The position numbers and the translations under genes were made by a program. Positions 62,127 to 64,000 of a stretch of DNA of 64,000 nucleotides are shown in pieces; positions within the stretch are counted from its first letter, which is position 1; each line of letters opens with the position of its first letter. The notes under the pieces are model-generated. The model searched no databases. It saw nothing but the letters and a program-made list of their open reading frames with translations, and was not told the DNA's origin. The DNA lies in the NCBI GenBank assembly GCA_040954595.2, contig CM082597.2:9641778-9705777 (forward strand). The letters are read 5' to 3'. Source of the DNA: Balanoglossus misakiensis (lineage: Eukaryota > Animalia > Hemichordata).

Positions 62127-63962
62127 TTAGGTCTGATATGCAATACCATGCTGGCTTTGTGTGCCTGTCTTGTTTAGCCAAACTGTTGAGGGCGCATTAG
62201 TGTACAACGTTATGGAACTTGGGCTGTGGTTGATTCTTGAGAAAAAATGGGATATAAATTCAGACAGCATGTGTTGCGAGTTGACACAGCAATCTCATAA
62301 TAAATTTTAGGACTGAACTTTTCATTCAACTTCATTGGAGGTATTATAAAATGGATTGAGTAGTAGTGTTTACTGAATGTGTTACCATTAATAGAAAGTG
62401 TATTGGCAACATAATGTCTTATGAGTGAGACTAACTGGTTGAGTGAAAACAACATTTTCTGCCAATAATATAATATCTGACCCTTTTTTTTTTCATTTTC
62501 AGTCATTTGGTCGAATGGGTTGAATCCAGTCTTCAAACCATCCAACGTCCAGCTCTCAATTAAAAATACATGATAAAGAAGATCAGTTGGTATATGCAAA
62601 GATTAAAGAGGTTTTCAGATGTTCTTGTTTCTGAAATTTTACAAGTATTAGTATTAAATGCAACTTTGAAGCGAAATAAATGTAAGGCTTGATCAAAGGA
62701 TATCATTTGACTGTTTTTTGTTGAATGAAAAAGAAATGTATGTGTGTATGTACTGTTGATAAATGACGTGTTGTAGTCATGGCTGGCATTACTGTGGGGT
62801 TATTTCTTTGAAAACAAACAAGGGTCACATATTATAAACCTGTTCTAGATGGAAGGTCACATTTTAACAATTTGCCATGGGGGTCATGGTGTCACATTTT
62901 ACTTGACCTATTTCCTCCTAAAAATGAAAGCTTCATGTCAGTTTTCAGCAGCATCAGTTCTTTCCAGATTATATTCATGTTGGTTGCATTATTCAATGAA
63001 CTTGGAGATCTGAATTCAGGATAGAGGTGTGCTTAAGTTTTGATGTAACATACTTTAATGATTGTCCTTGTAAACGTCATACTTATCTGAAATCGTACTT
63101 GCAATTGATATGACAATATTCACGTCCTCATTACTCATAGAAATTATAATAAAGAGTAAAAAGCATTCTTTTTCTCTTTCATCCTGCTTCTATTCATTTT
63201 ACATTTCCTGTCTTATTCTTTTCAAGTTCTATTTCTGTGTTTGTGAACCACCCTGCATTTAATAAAACAGGACACGTACATGTAGGTTTCCATTTGGTAG
63301 ATTATTTTTAGATTATGGCATTATACTCAACGGCATAAAACATCTGGTATGTAATTATAATTGTTTGCCAGTATAAAATAAACTTATTTGTATGATAAAA
63401 ATGCCCAGTCAACTTAATACAAAGTGCACTAATGCAAACCCAGTTTTATAAAATTCTTAGCAGTAATATTCTCAACTTTGTAAAGATTGCGGAAAAATTG
63501 ACAAATGGGGACAAATATCCTTTCAGGATTCAGATCCTTGACCAAGTGAGGTCAAAGGAAGCATAGACATTTTAAACGTTTGTAAGCAGAAATGTTTTGG
63601 GGATAATAATTTGAGTATGCAGCTCATCTGTCAAGTACTTGTTTACGTTTGTTAAAGCAGAAACGGGCAATTTCGAAGACTGAACTCTGCCCACAAGCAC
63701 CTCAGATGTTGGGGGGGGGGGGGTAAGGAGGGGAGAGAAGGCTGTACTAGGCCCTGTGTTTCTTCTCCAAATAAATCTGACTACTAGTATGAAATAAGTC
63801 TCTTGTGTGTCTAGTTTTCTCACCCACCCTGTTTTATCTCGTGTAGACTAAGCAGTTAGTCAACATTGCTCAAGATAGTTTCAATCATATCCTTGCTATA
63901 TGATGATGTTAAACATAATCCAGGAGGTGAGGGGGTGTCTCCTTTTTATGCTGAAATGTTTT

Positions 63963-64000
63963 AGGTCCCATTTGGTTTATGTATATATACCATGGGATCG
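63963..64000 (+). mobile_element. 5' end of another Helentron-type family A copy (runs off the window)
   Basis: TTTTAGGTCCCATTTGGTTTATGTATATATACCATGGGA. Confidence 0.7.

Noticed and set aside
62210-63823. Minus-strand ORFs of 129 and 83 aa as a possible third gene
   Set aside because: No recognisable motif or consistent splice structure.
1-64000. tRNA or rRNA genes
   Set aside because: No cloverleaf, A/B-box pair or rRNA-like sequence was recognised by eye; tRNAscan-SE was not run.

Overview
AT-rich, intron-rich eukaryotic DNA from an animal; the repeat families suggest a marine invertebrate, possibly a deuterostome (inference). Two complete spliced protein-coding genes on the + strand were reconstructed by hand. 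One is a 6-exon CCDC153/DRC12 homologue (28234-44478, 200 aa). The other is a 5-exon ETFB (49570-58566, 255 aa). Most remaining sequence is transposon-derived: nested Helentron-type non-autonomous elements, an internally deleted L1/Tx1 LINE, an L2/CR1 3' end, an IS3EU-like element, and TIR elements with TTAA, TWA, TA, 4-bp, 7-bp or 8/10-bp target duplications. ETFB intron 1 holds a 1.5-kb near-perfect foldback. The least explained region is about 0.6-14.7 kb. It looks like a decayed or non-coding multi-exon transcription unit with six tandemly duplicated exon+intron modules and a possible BEN-domain remnant at its 3' end. Tandem repeats follow at 15.4-19.6 kb. Most entries in the ORF track are spurious. 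No prokaryotic-type system (CRISPR, operon) was seen.
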